Source: Octopus bimaculoides (taxonomy: Eukaryota). Taken from it: a stretch of 63,840 nucleotides of DNA. The notes under the pieces were generated by a model, which saw only the letters and a program-made list of their open reading frames with translations, had not been told where the DNA came from and ran no database searches. Below, in pieces: positions 25,608-39,005 of this stretch; position 1 is the first letter of the stretch, and every line of letters starts with the position of its first letter. Both the position numbers and the translations under genes were made by a program. The DNA lies in contig NC_068990.1 in NCBI RefSeq assembly GCF_001194135.2, positions 3,863,559 to 3,927,398 on the forward strand. The letters are read 5' to 3'.

Positions 25608-27768
25608 TTCTTGAGGGAGAAACTATAAACCCGACATGCACATTAAAAATTCTACTTGCTCAGTTTGATTTGGTCGTGGTGATTTAAAACCTCAAAATTA
25701 TATTTCAGCAAAATTGCTACTTGATCATCATCAGTACCATCATAATCATGATCATCTTATCATCATCATCATTATCATCATTCTTAACACCTCCATCCAT
25801 CATCATCACCACCAATGGCCGCCGCAACCGTGTAAGCTTCATGTCTATTTTCCAAGTGGAAAGAAAAATGCAAGAACACCAAATTCTGGCTGTTGCTCAC
25901 TTCACATTGGTGCCATTTCATTTGTTAGATAGTTACTCTATCTAATATCTAAGAATTTTGTTTCTATTAATATTTCTTTTTCTAGATACTTGTCTGTTTA
26001 TGAATTTAATTCTTTAATTTCCCTTGTGAAATTAATAATGGCACGTGACACTAAAATAATGCAATATATATGTCAGCACGCACTCTGAAGAAGATTCTCT
26101 TGACAAAACTATATAAAGATTTTATGAATATCATAAGTATAGTTATATTGCCCGGTGTTTATAAGCTCGGCGTAAAATCACAATTGCAGAGTTTCTTCAC
26201 AGAAAATTACTCGTGTTTATTGTGATATGTATCAATGTAATGCTTTTATCTCCACTGGCGTGAAATACACTATCCCACGCTCACACACGAACACACATTC
26301 ACACAGGCATACGGACGCACAGATATACACAAATACATATATACTTACATACATTCACACACTCACACACGCACACACACGAACGCAACAACGCACGCTT
26401 GCGCGCGTAGTTTTTGAGATAGGAAAAATTAATACGTTTAATGAATTCTGGAAACGAAACACTCGTTTGCGCTTTCAATATTGTCTACTCTCCCTCAACC
26501 CATTTCCTTTACACTAAAGTATTTGAATCCAAATGTTTTCATGTACGTGTATATGTGTGAGGGAATACGTGCGTGTTTTATTTGACATATAGCAAACAGA
26601 ATTTATGATGATTGATATATAATCGATGGGGAAACTGCAAACCGCTTTACACGTAAGCGCGCGCATATTTATATATACATATATACAAACATAAATGTGC
26701 TTTACAGGGAGAAATTGCGTGTCGTGCTCCCCTTGGCGCCATCTCTTCTGAGGGATACTTCTGACGGAGCCAGCTATCATACCGTTCGATTGGTCTTTAG
26801 CCCCTCTACTCCCGGTTCCGACGATCGATTTGCACAGAGTAAAAAACTACACACATTAAGATACATGCATTTTCTTATGCAAACATCATTATGGTCATTT
26901 GTAAATAACATTTATTTTTCAGCCATTACAGCCATGTACTTAAAATTGCTGATCTGTGAATATTGGAAATTGTACTCCAGCATAACCTGGATGGTTAAAA
27001 CTAAATATTAAAAAAAAGAATGAACAGGCAGTAATCACTTGTATGTCGCTACATTTTTCTAAATGAAGATCGAACTTAGAACTGCTATATACAATAAACT
27101 AACAATTTTCTCACCTAGCAATAGGCACGCGCGAACCTTTGCTAAACTTTCATATATGTGGTCTTTCGCTCACTTCTCAACCCACCCACTATAAATAAAA
27201 AAACTATTGATTGTTTAGTCTATTTCATCACTAGAACTACATTTATTGTTAAAACATCGTATCGAATATATTAGGAAATATATTGGATATCTGGAAATCT
27301 GTGTAATTGTTTGTTTGTTGTAATTTTTATCTTTTTCCCCCTTTTGTTCTATGCTTTTCTATTTTTTTCGATAAATTTAATTCAAACTGAATAATTCCAC
27401 TCCCCAATTCCATTCTACGCTCTTCGTCTTTTTTTCTACGAGAAAATGGAGTGAGATTTTAAAAGAAAGCAATTGCTTATATTGACAGGAAGCATGGATA
27501 AATGCGTTAAATGAACGAACTCTTTTGCTTTTGAGGTCATTCAATAATCTTCTGTGGCATTTATGGTTGACTACCATGAATTGAAAACAAAAATCCTAAC
27601 AATAGATTTTTTTCTCTCTTATTTTTCATTTCCCTGCACAACTTATTACATAATGAGATTCTCTAAATAGATTCTGAAAAAAATTGTTTCCGAGAACATA
27701 CGTAAACCAATTTTCACTTTACTACAATACACGCACACACACACACACATACACACACACATACACAC

Positions 27769-27828
<60 letters not shown>

Positions 27829-28229
27829 CATGTATTAAGGAGTTGAACTTGTGGTTTCTTTGGGTCCTTCGAGACTAATGAGGCATATATAGTTGATGTG
27901 CCTATTGAACAACTGCAAGGAGGCGACTGCAAAAAGATATGGTAGAGAAGGAAATTCAAGAGGCTTACAGTTCTAGAGAGAAGTGATTGGAAATAGTAGT
28001 CAGTTCAGGTCCAATGAGCAAGGCAAAATGTGAATGACGAAAAGAAATGTGAGGAAGTGAATGAGCTTGGCTGGATGGAGTTGGTACAAGATAAGTCAGG
28101 ACCGAAAATTAGAAGCCACTGTTTGTCAGTAGGTAAGTTAGAGAGTGAATTTCTTTCGATTAAATACAAATGTAAATTTATTAAGGGTAATTTGTAACTG
28201 ACTCTTCTCCATATTATACTGGTACTTGC

Positions 28230-28448
28230 AAGGCGGCAAGATGGCAGAAACGTTAGCATGCTGGGCGGAATGCTTAGTGGTATTTCGTCAGGCTTTACGT
28301 TCTGAGCTCAAATTCCGCCGAGGTCGACTTTGCCTTTCATCGTTTCGAGGGTCGATAAATTAAGTACCAGTTGTGTACTGGAGTCGATTTCATTGACTGG
28401 GCTCCCTCTCCAAAAATTTCGGGCCTTGTACCTATAGTAGAAAATATT
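28230..28448 (+). mobile_element. SINE family A
   Basis: Head, B-box, core and tail ggccttgtacctatagtagaaa. Confidence 0.9.
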
Positions 28449-29489
28449 ACACTGGTACTTACATTAACCATCGAAAATAATCTTCCACGTAGTCGCTCAA
28501 CATACTGTAAATAGCAACCAAATCTCCTTTAAATATGCCCCAGTATGTTTGAACAACGACACATTAGTTAATGTAGTCCAAAGTAAAGTATGCTGGAAAA
28601 AAACAGACGAGCTTGTCATAACTGTAATGCTTTTGATCATAACATGATCAGCGATGTTCTAGGGCTGAACTACTACAATGACGACAACTGGTATTTATTC
28701 AGGTCGACGTGACGGCCTCCAAGCAGTCCTTCAAACTGCCTTAAATAGCACGTAGATGTCCTGGAATCACTCTATACCATCTTAAAAAAGGAGACCATCA
28801 CACATTTTGTAATGTAGTCCAAATAAAGGACGTGCTCGATTTTATGTCTCCTGATAAACTTTAATTAAGTAAAGTTCATTTATGACCTTGCATAAAATAA
28901 TTACTTCCCGTGAAAATTACAGTGTGATTTTCCCCTATTGACGACGTTTACAGACATGAAACATTTGTCAAAACCTGTAAAATTGACTTAATATTATATT
29001 TGATAAACTGAAATATAAACTTGTGCTTTTAATTCACATTTCTAATCCAATCCTATTGACTTTTCCTTCCTTCATCGCTGTGTCTTATTCTTCAATACTT
29101 GTAAAAATAACAATCTATTTTCCATTTGAAATACTAATATTTGATAAAGGAAAACAATTGCATGGGTAACATGGAGGATATTGGCAAAATTTGACTGAAA
29201 AATAAAAAAGAATTTGAGCTGTTATGAAAACATGTTTGTCAGATGATTCCAATGTTAAACTATAAATACAGATTATCTAATCTTGAGAATAAAATAACGA
29301 GAACAGCTGTAAATGTAATTTTTGAAAACCGACGTAAAAATATATCTTCAGAAAAATATCATTGAAGTTATATTTTTAAAAAAATCGAATTTATTTAATA
29401 TAAATAAGGAATCTATGTCTGCGAACCAATTTGGGCAAAATATATAATCTTTGTACAGTTTTACATCGCATGTGGACGAAAAACAAGTA

Positions 29490-30039
29490 TCAGGTCATCC
29501 CATAAGCTCTGTCCGAATTTTGAATAAAGAAAACAAGTGATCAAATGTTATATTTAATTGAAATTTAATCATCAATGTACTTTCCCTGATTATCTATGAC
29601 TTCCTTCCATCTATTTACAAGTTTTTTAATCCCATCAATGTAAACCTTTTTTGGTTTCAAAGCGAACAACTCTGAAATGTCAGTTTCGACCTCCTCCTGG
29701 CTTGCAAAAGTTATGTCCCCCAAATAATTCTATAAACTACGAAACAAATGATAATCTGAAGGAGTATAAGGTGGATGAGGAATTTTTGGGAATAAGGTGG
29801 ATGTGACCTTTGCAGTACGGGGTCGCGCATTGTCCTGATGAAACATCATTCCTTTTCGATTCACTAAAGCGGGTCGTTTTTTCTTCAAAGCTTGGTTCAA
29901 ACGCTCTAATTGTTGACAGTTTAAATGTACACAAATCCATAAAAATAATTTTTAATTCCATTAGACATTCTGAAATATTATTAAATTTCATTCAAATTTA
30001 AAAAGGATAAAATCGGACAGAACTTATGGGATGACCTGA
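29490..30039 (-). mobile_element. Internally deleted mariner retaining the transposase C-terminus
   Basis: TIRs TCAGGTCATCCCATAAG(C/T)TCTGTCCGA at both ends with TA TSDs. Minus-strand CQQLERLNQALKKKRPALVNRKGMMFHQDNARP...PHPPYTPSDYHLFRSL*...DGIKKLVNRWKEVIDNQGKYIDD*. Confidence 0.95.
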
Positions 30040-30415
30040 TAAAACGTAATTACATGTTTATAAAATTTCTAAACTCACGACCTTTACGTATTTAACAATC
30101 AGCAAGTTAATATTGCAGTTTTAAGAATTTTTTCCAATGAACTTCAAAAATATATTTCAATTTTTTATAGTACTCATCTCCTCCAAATTCAGTGGAGTTA
30201 TAAAATCAATTAAGTGGAAATCTATTTGTTTTACCGGACAATTTATAACACCAGATAAAAATAATAATCATGTTTTTCGAGGAATTCTCTGTTTCTGCAA
30301 TTCCAATCATAAAATATATAATAATCTTCATACAAAACCGTCTAGATATTCGTTTTACAAGTTTCTTGATGTATAAACGCATGTTGAAACTGATATTGTT
30401 GTATCGTGGAAGGAT

Positions 30416-30666
30416 CATACTGCCAATAAACACACACCGTTGGCTATGTTTCACATCCATTTGATTACCAGTTGATTAATCGATTCTTCTGCTGATGAAC
30501 AAGAGATTTTGAGTGTCATATAGTCATTGGTAAGTCGATAGAATGTGACGGACGGATTTCGACATATTAATCGATTAACCACTTGATCGAGTTATTAATA
30601 ATCTAACTGATTGGTCATAAAACTGAAGTCAAACATAACCAGTGCGTATGTTTTTATTGGCAGTAT
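30416..30666. mobile_element. MITE-like element with ~37-bp TIRs
   Basis: catactgccaataaacacacaccgttggctatgttt vs aaacataaccagtgcgtatgtttttattggcagtatg, with further internal inverted segments. Confidence 0.6.
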
Positions 30667-30859
30667 GTCTCTCCCAAAACACAACACATAAAATCATCTA
30701 AGCTACTATTTATCAGATTCTAATTCATTGCAATCTCTGCTTCACATACGCTTGTTACTCTCCTTCCTCTTTTCTACCAGTACTACAATGAATTTTATTT
30801 CTCTGAATCAGCTACTTACATCCCTTCTGAGTGGACCTCCATATTTACTCGCGACTATA

Positions 30860-31145
30860 TTATCCCATAAAACAATTAACGAAAGCATGGTATGATACAT
30901 GCTACGAAGCCATACACAGTTGCGAGTGTCGGCCATGATTCACTTTGTCCTCCAGGAATACTTTACCTACTCAGCTCTCGTCTTCTTTTCATTCTTACTG
31001 CGTCTCAACCCACAAGCTCTGCACTAAATACTTTCCAAAAAATTTTCCCCATACCTGCTACACTCTGGAATTTCCTTCTGTCTGTATTTTTCCTACAGAC
31101 ACTGATTTGGTGATTTTAAATCAGCAATATCCATCTAATTAGTTT
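30860..31145 (+). mobile_element. 3' end of an L2/Crack/Jockey-type LINE
   Basis: Frameshifted relic of the ..FFPRT..LWNSLP.SVFP...DL..FK terminal motif (gctacactctggaatttccttctgtctgtatttttcctacagacactgatttggtgattttaaa). Confidence 0.5.
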
Positions 31146-31164
31146 TTAAATATCTGTAAATAAT

Positions 31165-31380
31165 ATCCTTTCTACTATAAGCACAAGGCCTGAAATTTGT
31201 GGGGAGGGGTAAGTCAATTACATTGGCCTCCAATACTTGACTGGTACTTATTTCGTCGACCCCGAAAGGATGAAAGGCAAAGTCGACTTCGGCGGAATTT
31301 GAACTCAGAATGTAAACAGGGAAGAAATACAGTTAAGCATTTTGCTCGACGCGCTGACGATTCTGCCAGCTTGCCACCTT
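31165..31380 (-). mobile_element. SINE family A
   Basis: Full-length reverse copy with head, B-box, core and tail. Confidence 0.9.
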
Positions 31381-32510
31381 TGCACGTGATGAACACCACA
31401 TATTCCTTGAATATCATCATTTTCCATTCTTATGTCTTTCAAAGTTAATAGAAATTTGTGGGTGTGTTCTTCGCAGAAATACCATGGTATCTGGGGTTCA
31501 CAATATCATTTACTCTTAAATCGCAAGCATCACTAAAATTTGGTCCGACATTCTCAGTTGTAGTGTTCTACTTGACGAAAACTGAAAGATAATATTATCA
31601 GACAATTAAATTGAAGATATATTATTTTATAGAAAGAAAATCTTGGCTAAATTCGAACCCAAAACAAGAAGGGCTAGAATTAAATGTTGCGCTGTATTTT
31701 ATCCGACTCCGGCGCTGTAACGATTTTATCAAAACCTCCCCTTCTTCAAGGGATTTTTCACAAAAAAGAAAGACATACATAAGTTTCAATAACCTGTTCT
31801 CGGCACAGTTTACTTCTATTAATCAATGCTATTTTGTCAGTTGTTGCCAATACACTCATGAAACGATTGTGGAAATATATTGCTCAAGATGAAGCGTTAA
31901 GCATATTGCGAATTAAAAATAATTCATTCAAACATTTACTACTTCATGAGCCTTCTTTTTCTGAAAGTAGTTTCTGCTTTGTCGAAATTGGTTTAATTAT
32001 CTTTTTACGCCGCAGAAATATAAATTTGATTTTAATTAGATCATTAATTTACAAAAATAATTGCTTTCTAATTGATGGGTTTTATTCTCTATCGTCGTTT
32101 TCCATAGCATTAAGCTGCTAAGAAATGAGAACTCTATCAACTAACCTCTTCCGAAAATGTTGTAATAAATTTATTACAGGTTAAATTTCAAACCAAACTG
32201 CTATTTACACATCACCTCATAGCATAGTCCAACAATAGTTATATGCTCCTTGCTCCACAAATTCCAAAATCTGATTTAATTTCGGAAAATGTTTTCACAA
32301 AAGGCAAATTGCATCTCATAAAACTTTGTTTGGGCTAATACTCTTTACAATGGGATTATAATTCAGTTACGAATTACTGTTAACTAACCTCAAATTGCAA
32401 GTATACCTTGAAACTATACATTGTGAACACTGGCAGCTAACGGAGCCATTGGGTTTCGCTAGAAATGGCAGTCAAATTTTCTTTAAATCATGACAGACTA
32501 ACATAAAAAA

Positions 32511-32595
32511 AAATTGAACGCAGGATGTAAAGACGGACGAAATGCCGCTAAGCATTTTCTGCGGCATTCTAACGATTCTGCCAGTTCGCTGCCTT
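32511..32595 (-). mobile_element. SINE family A 5' half
   Basis: gacgaaatgccgctaagcatttt...aacgattctgccagttcgctgcctt. Confidence 0.8.
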
Positions 32596-33611
32596 GAACG
32601 AAACACCCTTTCTGAGTCATATCGACTCATAATAAATTAGATATTAATATTGATGCACCCTACTGGACCGGTAACCTGAAAATACATGTTCCGCTCAATC
32701 AAATCAAACTTGTTCGCCTTCCTCATCAATTTAACTAGATTTTTTTTTTAACGGATAAACAAAAAAGGTAAGAAAAGAGTTAATTCAATTAACTGAATGA
32801 TCGATTCATACAGCCACCCCTCAACACCTGTACTTGTGATATTTAGATGAATGTTTATACTGTACTCTGCGATTGAATGGCCCTCTAATTTGAAGAATTT
32901 ACCCTGTGAAAGGACAGTCATTCAGTACAGCAAGTTAATATTTCACCCATGAATCTTACTGTGATGTACCTACAGCTGAAGAGGGTTTTATACTATTTAT
33001 AGCTGGAAAAACTTGAAATTTGAGATTAGTTATAGTCACCACGCATCACCAGTGACAGATAAAAAATTTAATCTTTTTTGCCGAATTACAAAAGGGGATA
33101 TGATGAACTTCACCTCTAAATTCATTCTACTCCACTGCTATTCTCTAGTACTTGTCATTCAAAATTTAGTATTCAACAGCTCCGGATGCCGGCAGTTACT
33201 GGTATACCTAATCTCTATGTCTATAGGTACCCTACAACAATGTTGAAGTGGTGGACAGGATTTTTTAAATACTTTGCAGCGAAAGTTAATGTTATTCATT
33301 GTCGAAGTGCCGCGTGAATGTATTACGAACGTATATAAGGTTTTGGATATTGAAAACAAAATGTAATTATTTCGAAATTGAAGAATCAATGTAGCTTATA
33401 CTCGGTTACAGTTTATGGAATTTTATGTAAAATAACACAATATATATGTATCTGCGGGTATGTTGTATGTATATGCGCATATAAATATATATATGTATGT
33501 GTAAATAGATAGATAGATAGATAGATAGATTCTGAGGAATATGGTACTTAAGCTGAGGCACCTGAATTTAGTACGGTATTATCCATACAATTTCAAAGTA
33601 AGGTGATTAAA

Positions 33612-33839
33612 ATCAAAATAAGCAACAAGGATATCCAGAGGCAACGCAGTACGATCGTTTCATGCAACTCCATTTAATTGAACAATGCAATCATTACATC
33701 AATTTAAAATGTAGAGAAATTTTCAGCTGAAGATTGCTCTGCATTTTAAATTGAAGTAATGATTGCATTGTTCAATTAAATGGAGTTGCATGAAACGATC
33801 GTACTGCCTTACCTCTGGATATGCTTGTTGCTTATTTTG

Positions 33840-33841
<2 letters not shown>
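33612..33841. mobile_element. Near-perfect 230-bp palindromic foldback MITE
   Basis: Arms of about 115 bp centred on TTCAG|CTGAA (33722-31); terminus ATCAAAATAAGCAACAAG. Confidence 0.9.
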
Positions 33842-33874
<33 letters not shown>

Positions 33875-35661
33875 CACATTCATACGCACACATTTTTATA
33901 TAGGTAATGCGAGTGTGACTATTAGACCAACCAATTAAATACTGACATCTGCTCTTTACTGCTTTACATAGAAGGTGGTAGACAAAATCTTTATTATTAA
34001 TGTAAAATTGAGAGATTCACTAATTCTGTATTCAAAATATTTAAGATATATTTTTATTCTTGTCATCTCATAGACTAATAATTCACACACATCTCTCATT
34101 TTCTTTTTTCTTTCTCTTTCTTTTTCTCTCTTAAAGGATTAAATTTCCTGCAGGCAATTAAGAAACCTATCTTAATTTAGCAAATAGTGTTGTTCAGTTT
34201 CACAAAATATCTAAATTTATTGTATGACAGTCGTTGCTCTTTGTATCAGTCACATTTGATAATGAAATGTTCTTTGTCCTTGGAAATGTCTTATTTTATC
34301 TCTAGTTCCTTGTAAGAAATGAGATCTGTTCGTTGACACTAAATATAATAAATTCTATTGGCATTTCAGTTAGCAATACCACTAAATATTTACAGTAAAT
34401 GAATATATTAAAGTAATGAATGTGCTTAAATACATGTGATTTTTATTTTTGTTTTATTATCTTGCTTAAAGCTATGCTATAACTACTTGGTATGATAGAT
34501 GAGAACTGCTAGACTCTTAGAATAGCTAAACGATTTGACCAAGACACTTTAGTTTTCAAGGACGGGGTCGAGCTACTTAATTGTAGCCAGGCACAAAAGA
34601 ATGTCGTTACATCGATGAATATTTTCTTGTGTTGCAGTGATGAATTCAGATCTATACCTGAGTGTAACTTCCGTGTTAACAGTGAAACTATAGTGAATCA
34701 GTCTGGCGGTGCTTGACCCATCTCAAGTTTTATTCAGAAGATATATAAAATCTGAACCGGAAATTAATGTATGCTTACCAGTGCAGTAGCATTTTTTTAT
34801 AATTACGTATTATTCTATACACACAGAAAGCATAGATCTAATTTCTATATATACTCCCTTAGTTGCCTACAACTCTATTGCTTGAGCTAACACTAATTCC
34901 TGAACTGAGACAAGATAAAGACAAGGAATAAATTTTATGCAAAAAAAAAGTACCATAAATTGGGGCCATAAATTCAGAAACAACGTACCAACTTGAACCA
35001 GGAGCAACGCCCCACCCAGCAAAAAATTTCAAAACATTTTATATTTGCTCAATATTATGTGAAAATATCGCCTGCAAATTTTTTATAGGATATTTTGATT
35101 CTAATATTAAAAGTTCTATAATTTCAATCCAATATTCATAAAAGTATTCTTACGAAGCAGTGCATGTTTCTGGTTTCTGTTCATACCTGTTTGAATAGCT
35201 ACAAAATATATTGAAGTGCGTATGTATAGGATAAATATATTGCATTTCTAATAACATAGTAACAAAGTAGCAACACATTATATTGTATTGCATGAATGAA
35301 TTTTCTCCTTTATATCCATCTTCCTTATGAGAAATAGAATAATTTCGCAATTGTGCGCATTTGCATACTGTTGAAATAATTGGTTAACAACATAAAAAAG
35401 AAATGGATCCCGCATCCTGTTGATAACTAAGCAAATATGAAACTGAAGTAAAACTGCTGTCAAAGAATAATGCTAACCGCAAGAGAATATATATGTGATT
35501 TCCTAACCAAGAGTGCACACTAGTAATTATTAAGTCTGAACTTATCATACGGGATCAGCGATCTAGCACCTGGCGTTCACGGCCATTATTGCATATAACA
35601 CACATAGCAATGCTTGAATAAGACAGGCTTATAAATTGTCCAGAAATAATAACAATAATAA

Positions 35662-35869
35662 TAATGGTTTCAAATTTTGCCACAAGGGCAGCCATCCTGG
35701 GGGAAGGGACCAGTCGATTACATCGACCCCAGTGTTTCACTGGTACTTAATTTATCGACCCCGAAAGGAATAAAAGCAAAGTCGGACTTGACGGAATTTG
35801 AACTCAGAACATTAAGACGGACGAAATATCACTAAGCATTTCACTCGGATTCTGCCAGTTCGCTGCCTT
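35662..35869 (-). mobile_element. SINE family A
   Basis: Reverse copy; tail tttgaaaccatt followed by (ATT)n. Confidence 0.9.
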
Positions 35870-35888
35870 TATAATAATAACAGTAATA

Positions 35889-36093
35889 ATCCTTTCTATT
35901 ATAGGCACAAGGCTTGAAATTTGGGGCAGAGGGATAGTCGATTACATCGACCCCAGTACTCTACTTTTTTTTTTAATTTATGGACCCCGAAAGGATGAAA
36001 GAAAAGGGGGAATTTGAACTCAGAACGTAGCAGCAGACGAAATACCGCTAAGCATTTCGCCCGGCGTGCTAACGTTTCTGCCAGTTCACGCCT
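35889..36093 (-). mobile_element. SINE family A
   Basis: Reverse copy in tandem with the previous one; cctataatagaaaggatt tail. Confidence 0.9.
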
Positions 36094-36111
36094 AAATAAA
36101 TAAATAAATTA

Positions 36112-36175
<64 letters not shown>

Positions 36176-36177
36176 GA

Positions 36178-36645
36178 AGAACAAATGGTGAAACCGTATG
36201 GCATATTACCAGTCAATGTCCGGAAATAGCCCGGGAAGAATATAAGCGACGTCATGACAATATAGCAAGGATTGTCCATTGGATACTTTACAACAAGTAT
36301 GGACTTGACAGAGCAAAAAAGTGATACGAGCATAAACCCGAAGGCATCATCGAAAATGATAATGCAACGATCCTATGAGATTTTATGATTCAGTGTGACC
36401 ATGAGATAGAGAATAGGAAACGAGACACAGCGTTAATTCAGAAAGAAAACAAACGATGCTGGATCATAGATATAGCATGCCCAGCTGACAGCAATGTATG
36501 CGATAAGGAAGAAAGAAAAGTCGACAGGTATGATAGGTTAGCTTGGGAGGTTAAGAAGTTGTGGTCGCTGAAAAAAGTGGTAGTAGTACCAATAATTGTC
36601 GGAGCCCTGGGAACAGTGAGCAAAAGTCTTGAGAAGTACATGGAT
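36178..36645 (+). mobile_element. 5'-truncated R4/Dong-like non-LTR retrotransposon (zinc-knuckle remnant plus restriction-like endonuclease)
   Basis: GETVWHITSQCPEIAREEYKRRHDNIARIVHW...IL*DFMIQCDHEIENRKRDTALIQKENKRCWIIDIACPADSNVCDKEERKVDRYDRLAWEVKKLWSLKKVVVVPIIVGALGTV; starts immediately after (AAT)n 36105-36174. Confidence 0.9.
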
Positions 36646-36745
36646 NNNNNNNNNNNNNNNNNNNNNNNNNNNNNNNNNNNNNNNNNNNNNNNNNNNNNNN
36701 NNNNNNNNNNNNNNNNNNNNNNNNNNNNNNNNNNNNNNNNNNNNN

Positions 36746-37083
36746 ACCACAGATTTGCTTGTCAGTTGTTAGGCCTTATCCAGTTGAGCATGTCCCTTAG
36801 TGACTGACGATATGTGCATCTCTGATCATGAGCAGAAGTTGTGGGGGAGCATCGTAACCATGTGTTGAGAGGAATTCTTTGGGGTTGGGATAATTCACCT
36901 TTGGAAACATGGGTGTTTCGTTCAACATCCTTAAACAACCCTTTATTCAGGGACCTTTTGAGCTGGATGGGCTACTCGACCTGAAGAAAATTCTAACTGG
37001 GCTCCAGCTGCAAGGTCATGCGCTGTTTATCTTGATATGAGATCACCATGTCGCGCACATATGGTTGTGATGCATGTGCCTGC
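36746..37083 (+). mobile_element. Repeat segment, possibly the 3' UTR of the preceding LINE
   Basis: Non-coding, moderately GC-rich segment following the 100-N gap; resembles an abundant cephalopod repeat (from memory); the join across the gap is unverified. Confidence 0.4.
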
Positions 37084-37093
37084 GATTTTTTAA

Positions 37094-37295
37094 CCCCAAG
37101 AGGACGTCGCCTCTAGCTGCTATCACCTCTAGCAGACGAGGTGTTCAGTATTGAGGAGCGGTAGAAAGAGCCCGAAACTGGGACTGGTCTACTAGTCCCG
37201 TCACTAGGAGATGGTAGGGGTTCACTCCCCTGCTCGCAATTTTATCGAATGCAGCCGTGCATGGCTAGCCTTTTAGAGGAGACGTCCTCTTGGTG
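37094..37295. mobile_element. piggyBac-like MITE (202 bp) with TTAA TSD
   Basis: TTAA|CCCCAAGAGGACGTCGCCTCTA ... TAGAGGAGACGTCCTCTTGGTG|TTAA. Confidence 0.8.
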
Positions 37296-37417
37296 TTAAA
37301 ACATCGCAATAGAGTCCGCTCGAACAGACAGCCATGTTAAAGTGGCTACGAATATTAATTGTCAGTACATCTACTGCGTTGATCTCTTAGAGACATTTTA
37401 GAACTAACATTTTTGAT

Positions 37418-37455
<38 letters not shown>

Positions 37456-38133
37456 CATACATACAAACACACATGCATACGTAAATACACACACGCACAT
37501 GTATACACTCATATACACACACTCACGCATGCGGATGCGTTTCTGTATTTATACGGATTACTTAAACTACATGGACATCTTCTGAGATACATATCTAGTT
37601 AAAATTTATGCAAAGGTAAATTGCTGGTTAGTCTCATGGAATATTTATTTACAGTTTGGCAACAAGTATAGGGATTATTGTGATACCTATGCGATATCCT
37701 TCCAGCATCGATATTAATACTTTAAACAACGTTTCCCCCCTCTCTGTGTATAGAAAGTACGTTACGCATACTCTAGATAATCATAGAGCAACATTGGTTG
37801 AATAGTAAATGCAGCGAACATAGAATTAATGGCTTAAAACTCTGTTGCAGCTGTTACACTCATCCTTTGAACGAACTAATATATCCTAATAGCCTCTTAA
37901 TACTTGGCTGAAAAATCCATAAATTGTAAGACTAGCAGAGATAGATATAAAAACATGGTTGCATAAACAAATATCGTAGGAATGTAGAACCAACAGAAGA
38001 GTTTATAAAATAATAGCAGAGGCAAAAATAGGATTCATATTGTTAAATCCAGCAGCTTTTGTATACATATGGAAAAGTTCTCTTTATGTTTGTGTGTGCA
38101 TAGATACATATGCATACAGACAGACAGAGAGAC

Positions 38134-38184
<51 letters not shown>

Positions 38185-38192
<8 letters not shown>

Positions 38193-38292
38193 ATAAGTAC
38201 GAGGCTTACAAAGAATAAGTCCTGGAATTGATTTGCTCGCCAAAAGGCGATGCTCCGGCATGGCCACAGTCAAATCACTGAAACGAATAAAA

Positions 38293-38295
<3 letters not shown>
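38185..38295 (+). mobile_element. SINE family B 3' part
   Basis: gatagaataagtac.aggctta...gcatggccacagtcaaatcactgaaac.aataaaaga. Confidence 0.8.
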
Positions 38296-38365
<70 letters not shown>

Positions 38366-38367
38366 TA

Positions 38368-38808
38368 TCGCTGTGTGGTAAGACGTTTACCTCCAAGCCA
38401 CATGATTTCAGGTTCAGTCCTACTGCGTGGCATCTTGAGCAAATGCCATCTACTATAACTTCGAGCCGTCCAAAGCTTTGTGAGTGGAATTATTAGGCAC
38501 AAGCTAATAGCCCGTCGTATACACACATACTCACACACATCCGGTTTTATATACATATAGACAGATAGATAGATACATACATACATACGTGAGTGTGTCC
38601 TCGTGTCAGTGTTTGTCCACCACCATCACTTGGCTACCGGTGTTAGTGTGTTTACGTTTATGTAACTTAGTGATTCATCAAAAGAGATCGATAGAGTAAG
38701 TATCAGGCTTAAAAATAATAATTAATGAAGGCGATTCGTTCGACTAAAATTTTAAGGCAAGATCCCAGCATGGCCGCAGTCTAATGATTAAAACAAGTAA
38801 AAAGATGA
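38368..38808 (+). mobile_element. SINE family B (tRNA head, CORE-like segment, internal microsatellite), near full length
   Basis: gctgtgtggtaag...ggttcagtcctactgcgtggcatcttgagcaaatg...; tail gcatggccgcagtctaatgattaaaacaagtaaaaag. Confidence 0.85.
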
Positions 38809-39005
38809 AAAAAAAAAGAACAAGAATACCAAGCTGATGATCTTCTTCCTTATAAGAGGTACCTATACATTTCACTAATATAGCTTCTGGTGTGACATTC
38901 ACTAGCGAGTCTTAAATGAAATCCAATCCTAGAAGATGAGTTATCCTAGGTCTAAAGAGAAGTTAATGGAAAATGAACCGACTAAAGTCCAGTTTCAGCT
39001 GCTAC

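Noticed and set aside
26700-26850. GC-richer island resembling the hammerhead-bearing repeats (CAGAAGAGATGGCG, ACGATCG)
   Set aside because: No complete core or stems on either strand.
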